This document shows, piece by piece, positions 46,439-54,605 of a stretch of DNA of 54,605 nucleotides. Origin of the DNA: a virus (lineage: Duplodnaviria > Caudoviricetes). Numbering within the stretch: the stretch's first letter is position 1; each line of letters opens with the position of its first letter. The position numbers were made by a program, and so were the translations under genes. Where the stretch lies: positions 1 to 54,605 of the IMG/VR virus record IMGVR_UViG_3300012953_000041; one strand, written 5' to 3'. The notes beneath the pieces were generated by a model. The model was not told the origin of the DNA. It ran no database searches and saw only the letters and a list, made by a program, of their open reading frames with translations.

Positions 46439-47842
46439 ATGAGTCAAAGTACGTATAATGCTGGTGCAGAATATGCAAGAGAAAAATTAAAAGAAATAAG
46501 TTGTTCTATGTGTTTAGCAAAATGGACACAAGTAACAATGCATTTACATAACGGGCACACTCATAGCTGTCATCATCCTGCTCCTCATTTTATTCCACTA
46601 GAAGAACTTAAAGATAATCCGCATGCGTTGCATAATACAAAGCATAAAATAGAGCAACGTAAAATGATGCTTGAAGGTAAGCAACCTAAAGAGTGTAATT
46701 ACTGTTGGAATATTGAAAATTTAAATCATGGTCATTTTAGCGATAGACATTTTAAGAGTGGTGAAGATTGGAATGAAGGACAATTTGAAAAAATTAAAGA
46801 ATCACCGTTAAGTGATAAATTTTTACCAACATATGTAGAAGTTAGTTTTAATAATACTTGTAATTTTGCATGTATGTACTGTAGTCCTCAAATTTCTAGT
46901 AAGTGGATGGAAGATATTGAAGCTAATGGAGCATACGATTTAGGAGATTATCAAGTACATCATCTTGATTATTTGCGTACCAAGAATCAAATACCAATTC
47001 CTAATAGAGAAGTAAATCCTTATATAGAAGCATTTTGGAAAATATGGCCTGAGTTGTATACCAATTTAAAAGTCTTTAGGATTACAGGTGGTGAACCTTT
47101 GCTTAGTAAACATACTTGGAAAGTTTTAAAATATATACAAGAAAATCCTAATCCTAATTTAGTATTAGGTATAAACACAAATTTAGGAGTTCAAGATGCA
47201 TTTATCGATAGATTTATACCTATTGCTAAAGACTTAATAATAAACAATAAAGTAAAAAACTTTGAATTGTATACAAGTGTTGAAGCAACAGGAGCTCAAG
47301 CAGAGTACATACGTGATGGTTTAGATTATGATCAGTTTATTAGTAATTTAAACAAAGTTACAAGAGAAATACCAATGTTAGACTGGAAGTCAAAAACAGT
47401 AATTATGGCAACATATAACTTGTTAAGTATTCCGACATTTCGTAATTTATTAGAATGGTTACTTAAATGGAGACTTGAACATGGTTCAGGCACTTGGAAA
47501 AAGCTTTGGTTAGATATAAGCTACTTAACATATCCTAATTGGCAAACTATTGCTCTTGCTGATAATGAAATGTTAAAAATAATGCAAGATGACCTTAAGT
47601 TTATGCAAGATAACAGAGAGCAAGAAATAGGACATCATGGGTTCCAAGACACTGAAGTAGCAAAAATGGCAAGAGCTGTAGATTATGTTACACAAAATTT
47701 AAATAATGATAAAACAAATGAAATGAAACAGTTTTATAATTTTTTTACTTCCTATGATATTAGACGCAACAAAAATTTTGTTCAAACATTTCCACAGTTT
47801 TCTCATTTTTACGAAAAATGCAAAGAGGTAGTACATGGATAG
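46439..47842 (+). CDS. Radical SAM enzyme with N-terminal twitch/SPASM-like Cys motif
   Basis: CNFACMYC (CxxxCxxC), ITGGEPL, NTN. N-terminal CLAKW...SCHH...ECNYCW. Confidence 0.92.
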   Translation: MSQSTYNAGAEYAREKLKEISCSMCLAKWTQVTMHLHNGHTHSCHHPAPHFIPLEELKDNPHALHNTKHKIEQRKMMLEGKQPKECNYCWNIENLNHGHFSDRHFKSGEDWNEGQFEKIKESPLSDKFLPTYVEVSFNNTCNFACMYCSPQISSKWMEDIEANGAYDLGDYQVHHLDYLRTKNQIPIPNREVNPYIEAFWKIWPELYTNLKVFRITGGEPLLSKHTWKVLKYIQENPNPNLVLGINTNLGVQDAFIDRFIPIAKDLIINNKVKNFELYTSVEATGAQAEYIRDGLDYDQFISNLNKVTREIPMLDWKSKTVIMATYNLLSIPTFRNLLEWLLKWRLEHGSGTWKKLWLDISYLTYPNWQTIALADNEMLKIMQDDLKFMQDNREQEIGHHGFQDTEVAKMARAVDYVTQNLNNDKTNEMKQFYNFFTSYDIRRNKNFVQTFPQFSHFYEKCKEVVHG

Positions 47843-49103
47843 GGTGAACGTTTGGGAAAGATCAGACTTAACTGATGACAGATGGCGAAAATGTGATGGA
47901 AGAGCATCATACGCATTTCAAAATGGATTTAAAAAAGAATTCTTAGGATTATTTCCTGAGCATTCTGATGCATTTATTCCTCTTGGATTGACTACTAAAA
48001 AAGCTTATAAGGTTTATAATCCTGTTAGTAGCTTAAAAGCAATTAAGAAACAGAAATATTATTATCCTATTCCTTGGGTACCAGCGCCTGATTCAAAACA
48101 CTCATTACAAGAAGTTATAGAAATTGATCAAGTACATTTAGATAATTTAAAATCTAATAGATGTAAATTATTAGTTATTAATGTAATGGAAGGATGGAAT
48201 CATGATGGACATTTTCAAATATTAATCGATGCAATCAAAGAAAAATATAATTTACAGTATGATAATTTTGTGCTTTTATCTGGCAATTTAGACGAAACGC
48301 CATACGGTGTTCCAACAGTATATTACAACTGGTGGGAACAGCATATGAATGATCATGGATTACTAGAGTATGCCAAACATGGATTTAATAGTACAGATAC
48401 TGTTACTCGTCCTAATAGATTTTTGTGTCTAAATCGTAGACCTCATGGTCATCGTATATTACTAACTAATGCATTAGAACAGTATAAAGATCTTGGCATT
48501 TTAACTTGTGCTAAAGAAACTGATTTTGGTTCTTTGCATTTATTTAGAAAAGCATTACACCACGTAATACCAGAACATTATCCTAAGCTTAAAGAAGAAC
48601 TTCATGAAACTAATAATTTTCCAAATTTTTTAAATAGATTGCCTTTCACTTATGACGATGGTTATAATGCCGCAGACGATAATCCAACAGTTGATGAATC
48701 TAGAGATAAGTTTTATAATAGTTGGTTGCACGTTGTGACAGAAACATATCAGACAAACGGGCAAACATTTTTTAGTGAAAAAATATTTAAACCTATGATA
48801 TATTGGCAACCATTTATTTTAGTTGGCGCACAACACGACTTAAAAAGTTTAAGGTCTTTTGGTTATAAAACATTTGACGGAATAATAGATGAGACTTATG
48901 ATACTATTGAAAATAATGAAGAAAGACTAAAAGCAACCATTAAAGAAATAGAGCGTATTATTAAATTATCAGATGAAGATATAGCAAAATTATATAAAGA
49001 ATGCTACGAAGTATTGACACATAACTTCTTCCACTGGGTTTATAGAAATCAAACTATACACATAGGATTAAAAAATGATTTGCTGGAGAAATTAAGTGGC
49101 TAA
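47835..49103 (+). CDS. Putative GT-B glycosyltransferase (GT10-like C-terminal domain)
   Basis: FLCLNRR...HR, VVTET, FFSEKIFKP....PFILVG, L.SFGYKTF...IDETYD. Confidence 0.6.
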   Translation: MDRVNVWERSDLTDDRWRKCDGRASYAFQNGFKKEFLGLFPEHSDAFIPLGLTTKKAYKVYNPVSSLKAIKKQKYYYPIPWVPAPDSKHSLQEVIEIDQVHLDNLKSNRCKLLVINVMEGWNHDGHFQILIDAIKEKYNLQYDNFVLLSGNLDETPYGVPTVYYNWWEQHMNDHGLLEYAKHGFNSTDTVTRPNRFLCLNRRPHGHRILLTNALEQYKDLGILTCAKETDFGSLHLFRKALHHVIPEHYPKLKEELHETNNFPNFLNRLPFTYDDGYNAADDNPTVDESRDKFYNSWLHVVTETYQTNGQTFFSEKIFKPMIYWQPFILVGAQHDLKSLRSFGYKTFDGIIDETYDTIENNEERLKATIKEIERIIKLSDEDIAKLYKECYEVLTHNFFHWVYRNQTIHIGLKNDLLEKLSG

Positions 49104-49743
49104 ACTATTTGCATACGGATGTAGTTATACTTACGGCCACGGACTACAAGATTGTATTATTGGAAAAGTTGAACCCGGGCATGCACCAAGCAAGTTAGGG
49201 TATGCATCAATACTAGGACAGAAATTAAATTTTAGTGAAGTAATAAATCATAGTAGGCCTGGTACAAGTAATAAATGGATAACTCATGCTATCAATATAA
49301 CAGCTGAACATATTTCAAAAGATGATGCAGTTATTATACAATGGTCTTTTATAGATAGAACAACTATATTAAGAAAAGGTAGTCACCGAAATCTAAACAA
49401 GTACGATGCTTTAGGTACATGGATGGCCGGACAAAAAGGTACGCTGTCATCAGTTTATTATAAGCACTTATATGACCATGTTGATCATTTACAAGTTACT
49501 TCTTGGTATATAAAATATGTTGATTTATTATTAAAAAGTTATGGAATTACAAAAATTTTACATACATCTCCTCCAGAAGAAAATCAACTATCTGAATTAA
49601 TACCTGATAGTATAACTTGGTGGGAAGAAAATTTATCAAAGTATAGGGTTGATACGGCACAAGATAACAGTCATCCAGGTCCTCAATCTCAAGAATTGTT
49701 TGCTAATAGAATAGTAGAAGTATATGGTGATTATTTAAAGTGA
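49096..49743 (+). CDS. SGNH/GDSL-fold protein (O-acetyltransferase or esterase)
   Basis: GCSYTYG (block I), PGTSN, QWS..DR, DNSHPG (DxxH). GTG start. Confidence 0.75.
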   Translation: MAKLFAYGCSYTYGHGLQDCIIGKVEPGHAPSKLGYASILGQKLNFSEVINHSRPGTSNKWITHAINITAEHISKDDAVIIQWSFIDRTTILRKGSHRNLNKYDALGTWMAGQKGTLSSVYYKHLYDHVDHLQVTSWYIKYVDLLLKSYGITKILHTSPPEENQLSELIPDSITWWEENLSKYRVDTAQDNSHPGPQSQELFANRIVEVYGDYLK

Positions 49744-51176
49744 AAAAGATTACTGAAATAGATCCGCAGACAGCTGCACAGCAGGTAATACCTATGTTGG
49801 ATGAAATCTCACCTACAATGTGCATGGCTAAATGGCTGTGGAGCAGTATACACTTAACTAACGGATTAACTAATAGTTGTTTTCTCCCACCTTTGCATAA
49901 AATTGACCCCGAAGCTGTTAAAAAGAACCCACGTGCATTACATAATACACCTGAGAAAAAACAACAACGTGCTATGATGCTTGAAGGTAAGCAACCAGAT
50001 GGTTGCAGTAGTTGTTGGAAAGTAGAAGCACAAGGAAAACAACTTAGTGACAGAGCATATCGTAGTTCAGAACCATGGGCACAGCAGGGCTGGGAAGACG
50101 TAATATCAACAGGTGCTAATGGCGATATTGATCCTACATATTTAGAAGTAAACTTTAACCATGCTTGCAACTTAGCGTGTAGTTATTGTAGCCCCCATCT
50201 AAGTAGTAAGTGGGCAGAAGATATTAAAGAGCACGGACCTTATCCTACAACAGTACCACATAATAGTATTGAATATTTTAAAAGTATTGGACACTATCCA
50301 ATTCCTAACAGAGAAGAAAATCCTTATGTTGAGGCATTTTGGAAATGGTGGCCTGACTTATATCCTAAGCTAAAGCATTTTAGAATGACAGGAGGTGAGC
50401 CACTAATGGATAAAAATACATTTCGTGTACTTGACTATGTGCTAGACAACCCAAGGGATGATCTTAATATAAGCATAACAACCAATGCTAGTGTTCCACA
50501 AAAAAACTGGAATAGATTTGTAGACACTGTTAGCTTTATAGACGAATATAAGAAATTAGAAAGTTTTAGATTATATGTTAGTGTTGATGGATGGGGAGAA
50601 CAAGCAGAATATATGCGTGATCCATTAGATTTTAATCTACTATGGAATAACGTAAACAACTATCTTACTAGAACCAAAGACGGGCTAGTTACGTTTATTG
50701 TAACATTAAATATGTTAAGTATGCCAAGTATTAAGCGTTTAATGCAAGGTATATTAGAACTACAGCGTGTGCATAATGTAAAAAAGACAAGACGTGACGA
50801 TAATGGAAAGCTAACATTTTATGGAAATCATAGGGTATTTGTAGATACACCGGCATTACATTATCCAGCGTGGCAAAGTTTGAAAGTACTACCAAAAGAG
50901 TTTTGGCATTACGGAGATGAGTGTTTAGAGTTTATGAAAGCCAACATAGATAAACATAGAGAAAGTCGTTGGGTAGGATTCAAACCACATCAAATACAAA
51001 GATTTGAAAGAAGCTTAGATTTTATGAAGCAAGGATTTACATCAGATAAAGAAAAACAAGAAGCCCAAGAAAATTTTGTTAAGTTTTTTGAAGAATATGA
51101 TCAAAGACGAGGCTTAGACTTTCATAAAGTGTTTCCTGAACTTAGTCCTTACTTTAACAAATGGAAGGTTAAGTAA
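49740..51176 (+). CDS. Radical SAM enzyme with N-terminal twitch/SPASM-like Cys motif (paralog)
   Basis: CNLACSYC, MTGGEPL, TTN, SVDG. N-terminal CMAKW...SCF...GCSSCW. Confidence 0.92.
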   Translation: MKKITEIDPQTAAQQVIPMLDEISPTMCMAKWLWSSIHLTNGLTNSCFLPPLHKIDPEAVKKNPRALHNTPEKKQQRAMMLEGKQPDGCSSCWKVEAQGKQLSDRAYRSSEPWAQQGWEDVISTGANGDIDPTYLEVNFNHACNLACSYCSPHLSSKWAEDIKEHGPYPTTVPHNSIEYFKSIGHYPIPNREENPYVEAFWKWWPDLYPKLKHFRMTGGEPLMDKNTFRVLDYVLDNPRDDLNISITTNASVPQKNWNRFVDTVSFIDEYKKLESFRLYVSVDGWGEQAEYMRDPLDFNLLWNNVNNYLTRTKDGLVTFIVTLNMLSMPSIKRLMQGILELQRVHNVKKTRRDDNGKLTFYGNHRVFVDTPALHYPAWQSLKVLPKEFWHYGDECLEFMKANIDKHRESRWVGFKPHQIQRFERSLDFMKQGFTSDKEKQEAQENFVKFFEEYDQRRGLDFHKVFPELSPYFNKWKVK

Positions 51177-52471
51177 TGAGATACTCACATCATCATAATT
51201 TATTAGATCAACATAACATACTAAATCCTAATAATACAGGGTTATATAGTAACTATCCATTAGGTCCTAGTTGGTTTCCGTTAAGAGAAAAAACTAACTT
51301 ACAAAAGGGCTGGGACAATATGTTCCTTCAGTTAGGTAAAACATTTTTAAAAGGAGTATCAAATCCGTATGCAGTATATATGGGGGTAGGAAAAATAGAT
51401 TATCTTGAAATGCCAAGTACTATATTAGACACAAAACCAAAAAATAGAATGAACAAAAAAGGTCTAAAAATTTATCTACTAGAACCATTAAGTACATACC
51501 ATGTAAATGATGATCCTGATAAAGGACCTTTATATACTAATTATGAAATAGATGATATAGAAAATGTTAGAGCAAAAGAATTAGATAGTATATCAAAATT
51601 TGTTGAAAGAAATGGACTAACAAATGTAAGTGTATATACTCCTGATTATAAAGTTAATGAATACTTCGGATTAACATATCCAGATCTTAAATTATTTTGC
51701 TCTCCAATAGGCTGGTGTTATCCTGCAACAATGGATCTTAATATTGAAATACCACCGTCTAAAGATATAGTAAAAAAATTCTGGTGCGGCAATTGGAAAT
51801 ATGCACCTCATAGGCATTTGATTGCAAGTTACCTTGCTGGAAACTTTGATAGTTCGGATTATCATTTAAGTTGGATTTATAGTTCAAGTCAAAGTATTTT
51901 AAGAAATAATGTTTGGTTTGATATAACAAATCTACCAAACTATGACAGTATACTTGAAGGTGCTCAAAAATTAGATCTAATTGCGCCAAGTACTATGGGA
52001 ATAGAGCTAACTGATGCATTAGACATTAATGATCCTGCTCCAGACCTGCATATAAACACAAACCCTGTAGAATATTATAATGAATCTTTTTGTGCTATTG
52101 TAAATGAAACAAGATTTGCACAAGCTACTGGCATACTCACAGAAAAAATAATGAATCCTATGATTAATTGTAAGCCATTTATAATGGTAGGACCTCCTGG
52201 TAATTTAGAATATATGCGTAAGTGGGGATTTCAAACATTTAGTGATTATTGGGATGAAAGCTATGATATTGAAGAATGTCACCATAAGCGTCTAGCAAAA
52301 ATATTTGAATTAATTAATTGGCTCGGTAATATGAGTATTGAAGAACTTAGAGAATTATATGAAAAGATGTTGCCAACAGTTATGTTTAACCAAGTACACA
52401 TACTTGATTTGCAAGAAAAATTATTACAAGAACCGATAACAAAGAACATACTATTTAAGAGGCTAGGATGA
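51176..52471 (+). CDS. Putative GT-B glycosyltransferase (paralog of 47835-49103)
   Basis: KFWCGN....HR, IVNET, LTEKIMNP....PFIMVG, GFQTF..YWDESYD. Confidence 0.6.
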   Translation: MRYSHHHNLLDQHNILNPNNTGLYSNYPLGPSWFPLREKTNLQKGWDNMFLQLGKTFLKGVSNPYAVYMGVGKIDYLEMPSTILDTKPKNRMNKKGLKIYLLEPLSTYHVNDDPDKGPLYTNYEIDDIENVRAKELDSISKFVERNGLTNVSVYTPDYKVNEYFGLTYPDLKLFCSPIGWCYPATMDLNIEIPPSKDIVKKFWCGNWKYAPHRHLIASYLAGNFDSSDYHLSWIYSSSQSILRNNVWFDITNLPNYDSILEGAQKLDLIAPSTMGIELTDALDINDPAPDLHINTNPVEYYNESFCAIVNETRFAQATGILTEKIMNPMINCKPFIMVGPPGNLEYMRKWGFQTFSDYWDESYDIEECHHKRLAKIFELINWLGNMSIEELRELYEKMLPTVMFNQVHILDLQEKLLQEPITKNILFKRLG

Positions 52472-53064
52472 TTATAAAAAATGAAAAGCCGTTAAAAATT
52501 ATTGGCTATCCAGAAAGCACACTTACTCAAGAAAGTTTGTTTTACGGAAAAAACTTTGTTATTGAAGATACTAGCTTAATGACCCCGCAAGAGTTTAAGC
52601 AGTTAGATAACAAAGATGACTTTCAGTACTTTATAGGCTTTGCACTAGACTTAAAAGAACGTGAGCAGACTATTGACTTGTTAGACGAGTATGATAGTGA
52701 TTGTGTAACGTATGTACATGATAGTGCTATTGTGTTTGAAGGAGCAACAATTGGGAAAGGATCATGTGTAGCCAACTTTAGTTCTCTAATGGCAGGAGCA
52801 AAAGTAGGCAATCATTGTTTTATTGAAACATACTGTCTAGTAAGCCATCAAACTACTGTTGGTAATAATTGTATGCTACACAGCGGCACAATGCTAGCGG
52901 GTAAAACTACAATAGGTAAAAATTGTATGTTTAATTTTAAAAGTGCAGCTATTAATAATATTGAAATTTGTGATAATGTTACTCTTGGTGCGTTTAGTAG
53001 TGCAACAAAAAGTATTACAAAAGAAGGTGTGTATGTAGGAACACCTGCAAGGTTTTTAAGATGA
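52468..53064 (+). CDS. Hexapeptide-repeat sugar acetyltransferase (NeuD/PglD-like)
   Basis: YVHDSA...GATIGKG, VGNHC, VSH (candidate catalytic His), IGKNC, GVYVGTPAR. Confidence 0.88.
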   Translation: MIIKNEKPLKIIGYPESTLTQESLFYGKNFVIEDTSLMTPQEFKQLDNKDDFQYFIGFALDLKEREQTIDLLDEYDSDCVTYVHDSAIVFEGATIGKGSCVANFSSLMAGAKVGNHCFIETYCLVSHQTTVGNNCMLHSGTMLAGKTTIGKNCMFNFKSAAINNIEICDNVTLGAFSSATKSITKEGVYVGTPARFLR

Positions 53065-53822
53065 ATAGATATTTAATTACAAGTGGATGTAGTTTTAGTG
53101 AAACACATTCTACACACTTTGAAAGTTGGCCAGAGCATTTATTAAAACTTCTACCCAAATATTCTCTTATATCAAAAGGATTAGCAAGCCAAGGAAATGG
53201 TTTAATTAGTAGAGGCATTATTTACGAAGTTTCCAAAAAACTAAAAGATGGTGTTCCGGCAAAAGATATCTTAGTTGGAGTACAGTGGTCGGGTCCTGAT
53301 AGAATGGATTTTTTGTTTGACGATCCACAATATGCTAAACATAAATTAGCTAGAGATGCCGGAATGTTTGACAAAAATGAATATACTAATTGGGATGGTT
53401 GGATGGAGAACCCAACTGGATTTATTGAAGATGACAAAAATTGGGTTATAGCAAGCCTTGGTTGGAAGCTAGGACGTAGGTATTTTGAGCTCTGGCACTC
53501 AAGAGATCAAGGTTCAATTTATACGCTAGAACATATTTTAAGGGTACAATGGTTTTTAGAAAAACATAATATAAAATATTTTATGACTACAATGAATTCT
53601 AAAGTATTAGATAAAAATTCTTCTTTAAGAATCTCTCATTTATATGATCAAATAGATTTTTCAAGATTTTTACCAATTGACGGTATGCTAGAGTTTTCTC
53701 GAGAGCGAGAAACAGATGATGCACCGATGCATCCTGATAAAGTACATCCTGGACCAAAGCATTATGAAATGCTTGTAGAAGAAATAATTTTACCTTTTTT
53801 AGAGAAGAAAAATGAGCTTTGA
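53061..53822 (+). CDS. SGNH/GDSL-fold protein (paralog of 49096-49743)
   Basis: GCSFSE, SWP, SQGN, QWSGPDR, DKVHPG. Confidence 0.75.
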   Translation: MNRYLITSGCSFSETHSTHFESWPEHLLKLLPKYSLISKGLASQGNGLISRGIIYEVSKKLKDGVPAKDILVGVQWSGPDRMDFLFDDPQYAKHKLARDAGMFDKNEYTNWDGWMENPTGFIEDDKNWVIASLGWKLGRRYFELWHSRDQGSIYTLEHILRVQWFLEKHNIKYFMTTMNSKVLDKNSSLRISHLYDQIDFSRFLPIDGMLEFSRERETDDAPMHPDKVHPGPKHYEMLVEEIILPFLEKKNEL

Positions 53823-54411
53823 TACAGTAAAAGAGTTTGAACAACAAATTGCAAAATTTTATGGTGCGCCTTATGCAGTAGCAACAGATTGTTGCACACA
53901 TGCAATTGAATTATGTTTAAGAGTAGAACCAGTATCAGCGATGACCTGTCCAACTAATACGTATCCGAGTGTTCCTATGACACTAGATAAATTAGGAATA
54001 CGTTGGTTTTGGGGTGAAGAAAATTGGGAGGATTATTATTATCTCGGAAATACTCGTATAATCGATGCCGCAGTTTATTGGAAAGCAAATAGCTATTTGT
54101 CAGGCACATTGATGTGTTTAAGTTTTCAGTTTCAAAAACATCTTAGTCTAGGCAGAGGCGGTGCCATACTATGTGATGACAAGCTTACTTATGATGTGTT
54201 AAAACGTATGAGCTACGATGGCCGTAATCCAAATACTCCTTGGAAAGAACAAGATATAAAGGACATAGGTTATCATTATTATATGACACCCGAAACTGCT
54301 CAACTAGGCTTAGATCGCCTTCCTGATGCAGAGGTAAAGAAACCAAAGAAATGGACATCTCAAGACTATCCTGATCTCAGGAACATGACTGTGTTTAAAA
54401 AACATAGATAA
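53812..54411 (+). CDS. DegT/DnrJ/EryC1/StrS family PLP aminotransferase, unusually short
   Basis: FE..IA.F.GA.YAVA...CT.AI.L.L, IIDAA, SFQFQKHL..G.GGAI, G..Y.M. Confidence 0.85.
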   Translation: MSFDTVKEFEQQIAKFYGAPYAVATDCCTHAIELCLRVEPVSAMTCPTNTYPSVPMTLDKLGIRWFWGEENWEDYYYLGNTRIIDAAVYWKANSYLSGTLMCLSFQFQKHLSLGRGGAILCDDKLTYDVLKRMSYDGRNPNTPWKEQDIKDIGYHYYMTPETAQLGLDRLPDAEVKKPKKWTSQDYPDLRNMTVFKKHR

Positions 54412-54414
54412 TTA
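54409..54414 (+). promoter_or_regulatory. Putative late promoter variant TAATTA
   Basis: gaTAATTA overlapping the stop codon. GAGGAG RBS at 54433-54438. Confidence 0.4.
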
Positions 54415-54445
54415 TATATGTACATAATAAAAGAGGAGTTCGCCT

Positions 54446-54605
54446 TTGAAGATAGGATTTATTGGCACAGGCAAGTTAGGAACGCCGTGTGCAGAAGCAA
54501 TTGCTGACAAAGGACATGATGTCAGAGGCTACGATGTAATCAATCATCAAAGCAAAACTGTTTTAATGTGCAGCGACATTTATACTTGTGTACACGATAG
54601 AGATA
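54446..54605 (+). CDS. NDP-sugar dehydrogenase (UDP-glucose/GDP-mannose dehydrogenase-like), 5' part; absent from ORF track
   Basis: TTG start after GAGGAG. Translates MKIGFIGTGKLGTPCAEAIADKGHDVRGYDV, a Rossmann GxGxxG followed by GHDV.GYD. Confidence 0.75.
   Translation, partial: MKIGFIGTGKLGTPCAEAIADKGHDVRGYDVINHQSKTVLMCSDIYTCVHDRD

Noticed and set aside
1266-53953. About 40 short ORFs antisense to or overlapping the long genes
   Set aside because: They lie within or across well-supported genes, show no recognisable motifs and mostly use non-ATG starts.
1-54605. Stop-codon reassignment, introns or inteins
   Set aside because: Genes are long and dense in the standard code; TAA, TAG and TGA all serve as stops; no split genes or intein end motifs noticed.
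42143-54605. Host-derived LPS/capsule island or RiPP cluster
   Set aside because: No flippase, polymerase, transporter or precursor peptide; composition and promoter motifs match the phage genes.

Overview
A 54.6-kb AT-rich segment of a large T4-superfamily (jumbo-type) myophage genome, read in the standard genetic code. Left end (minus strand, 1-4059): late sigma factor (gp55-like), Mre11/Rad50-like nuclease pair (gp47/gp46), a small basic protein and a GIY-YIG nuclease cut by the window edge, with two perfect sigma70 promoters. Middle (plus strand, 4144-42039): baseplate and tail-fibre region under TAAATA-type late promoters. It holds tube-initiator-like, gp53, hub, gp5 spike with a C-terminal muramidase-like domain, gp25, gp6 with a poly-Ser tail, a 5261-aa gp7-like protein, three paralogous fibre proteins and a mosaic Gly-rich adhesin. 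Right end (42143-54605): a tightly coupled run of at least 14 genes encoding apparently soluble glycan-building and tailoring enzymes. These are three GT-A and two GT-B-like glycosyltransferases, two radical SAM enzymes, two SGNH proteins, a hexapeptide acetyltransferase, a half-size DegT aminotransferase and an NDP-sugar dehydrogenase. The run includes a duplicated radical SAM / GT / SGNH module and sits behind a dual promoter and a possibly structured leader. This cluster is the best candidate for an undescribed system: phage-encoded virion glycosylation with radical-SAM sugar tailoring. All functional calls come from motif recognition by eye; no searches were run. No tRNA, rRNA, CRISPR array or mobile element was seen.
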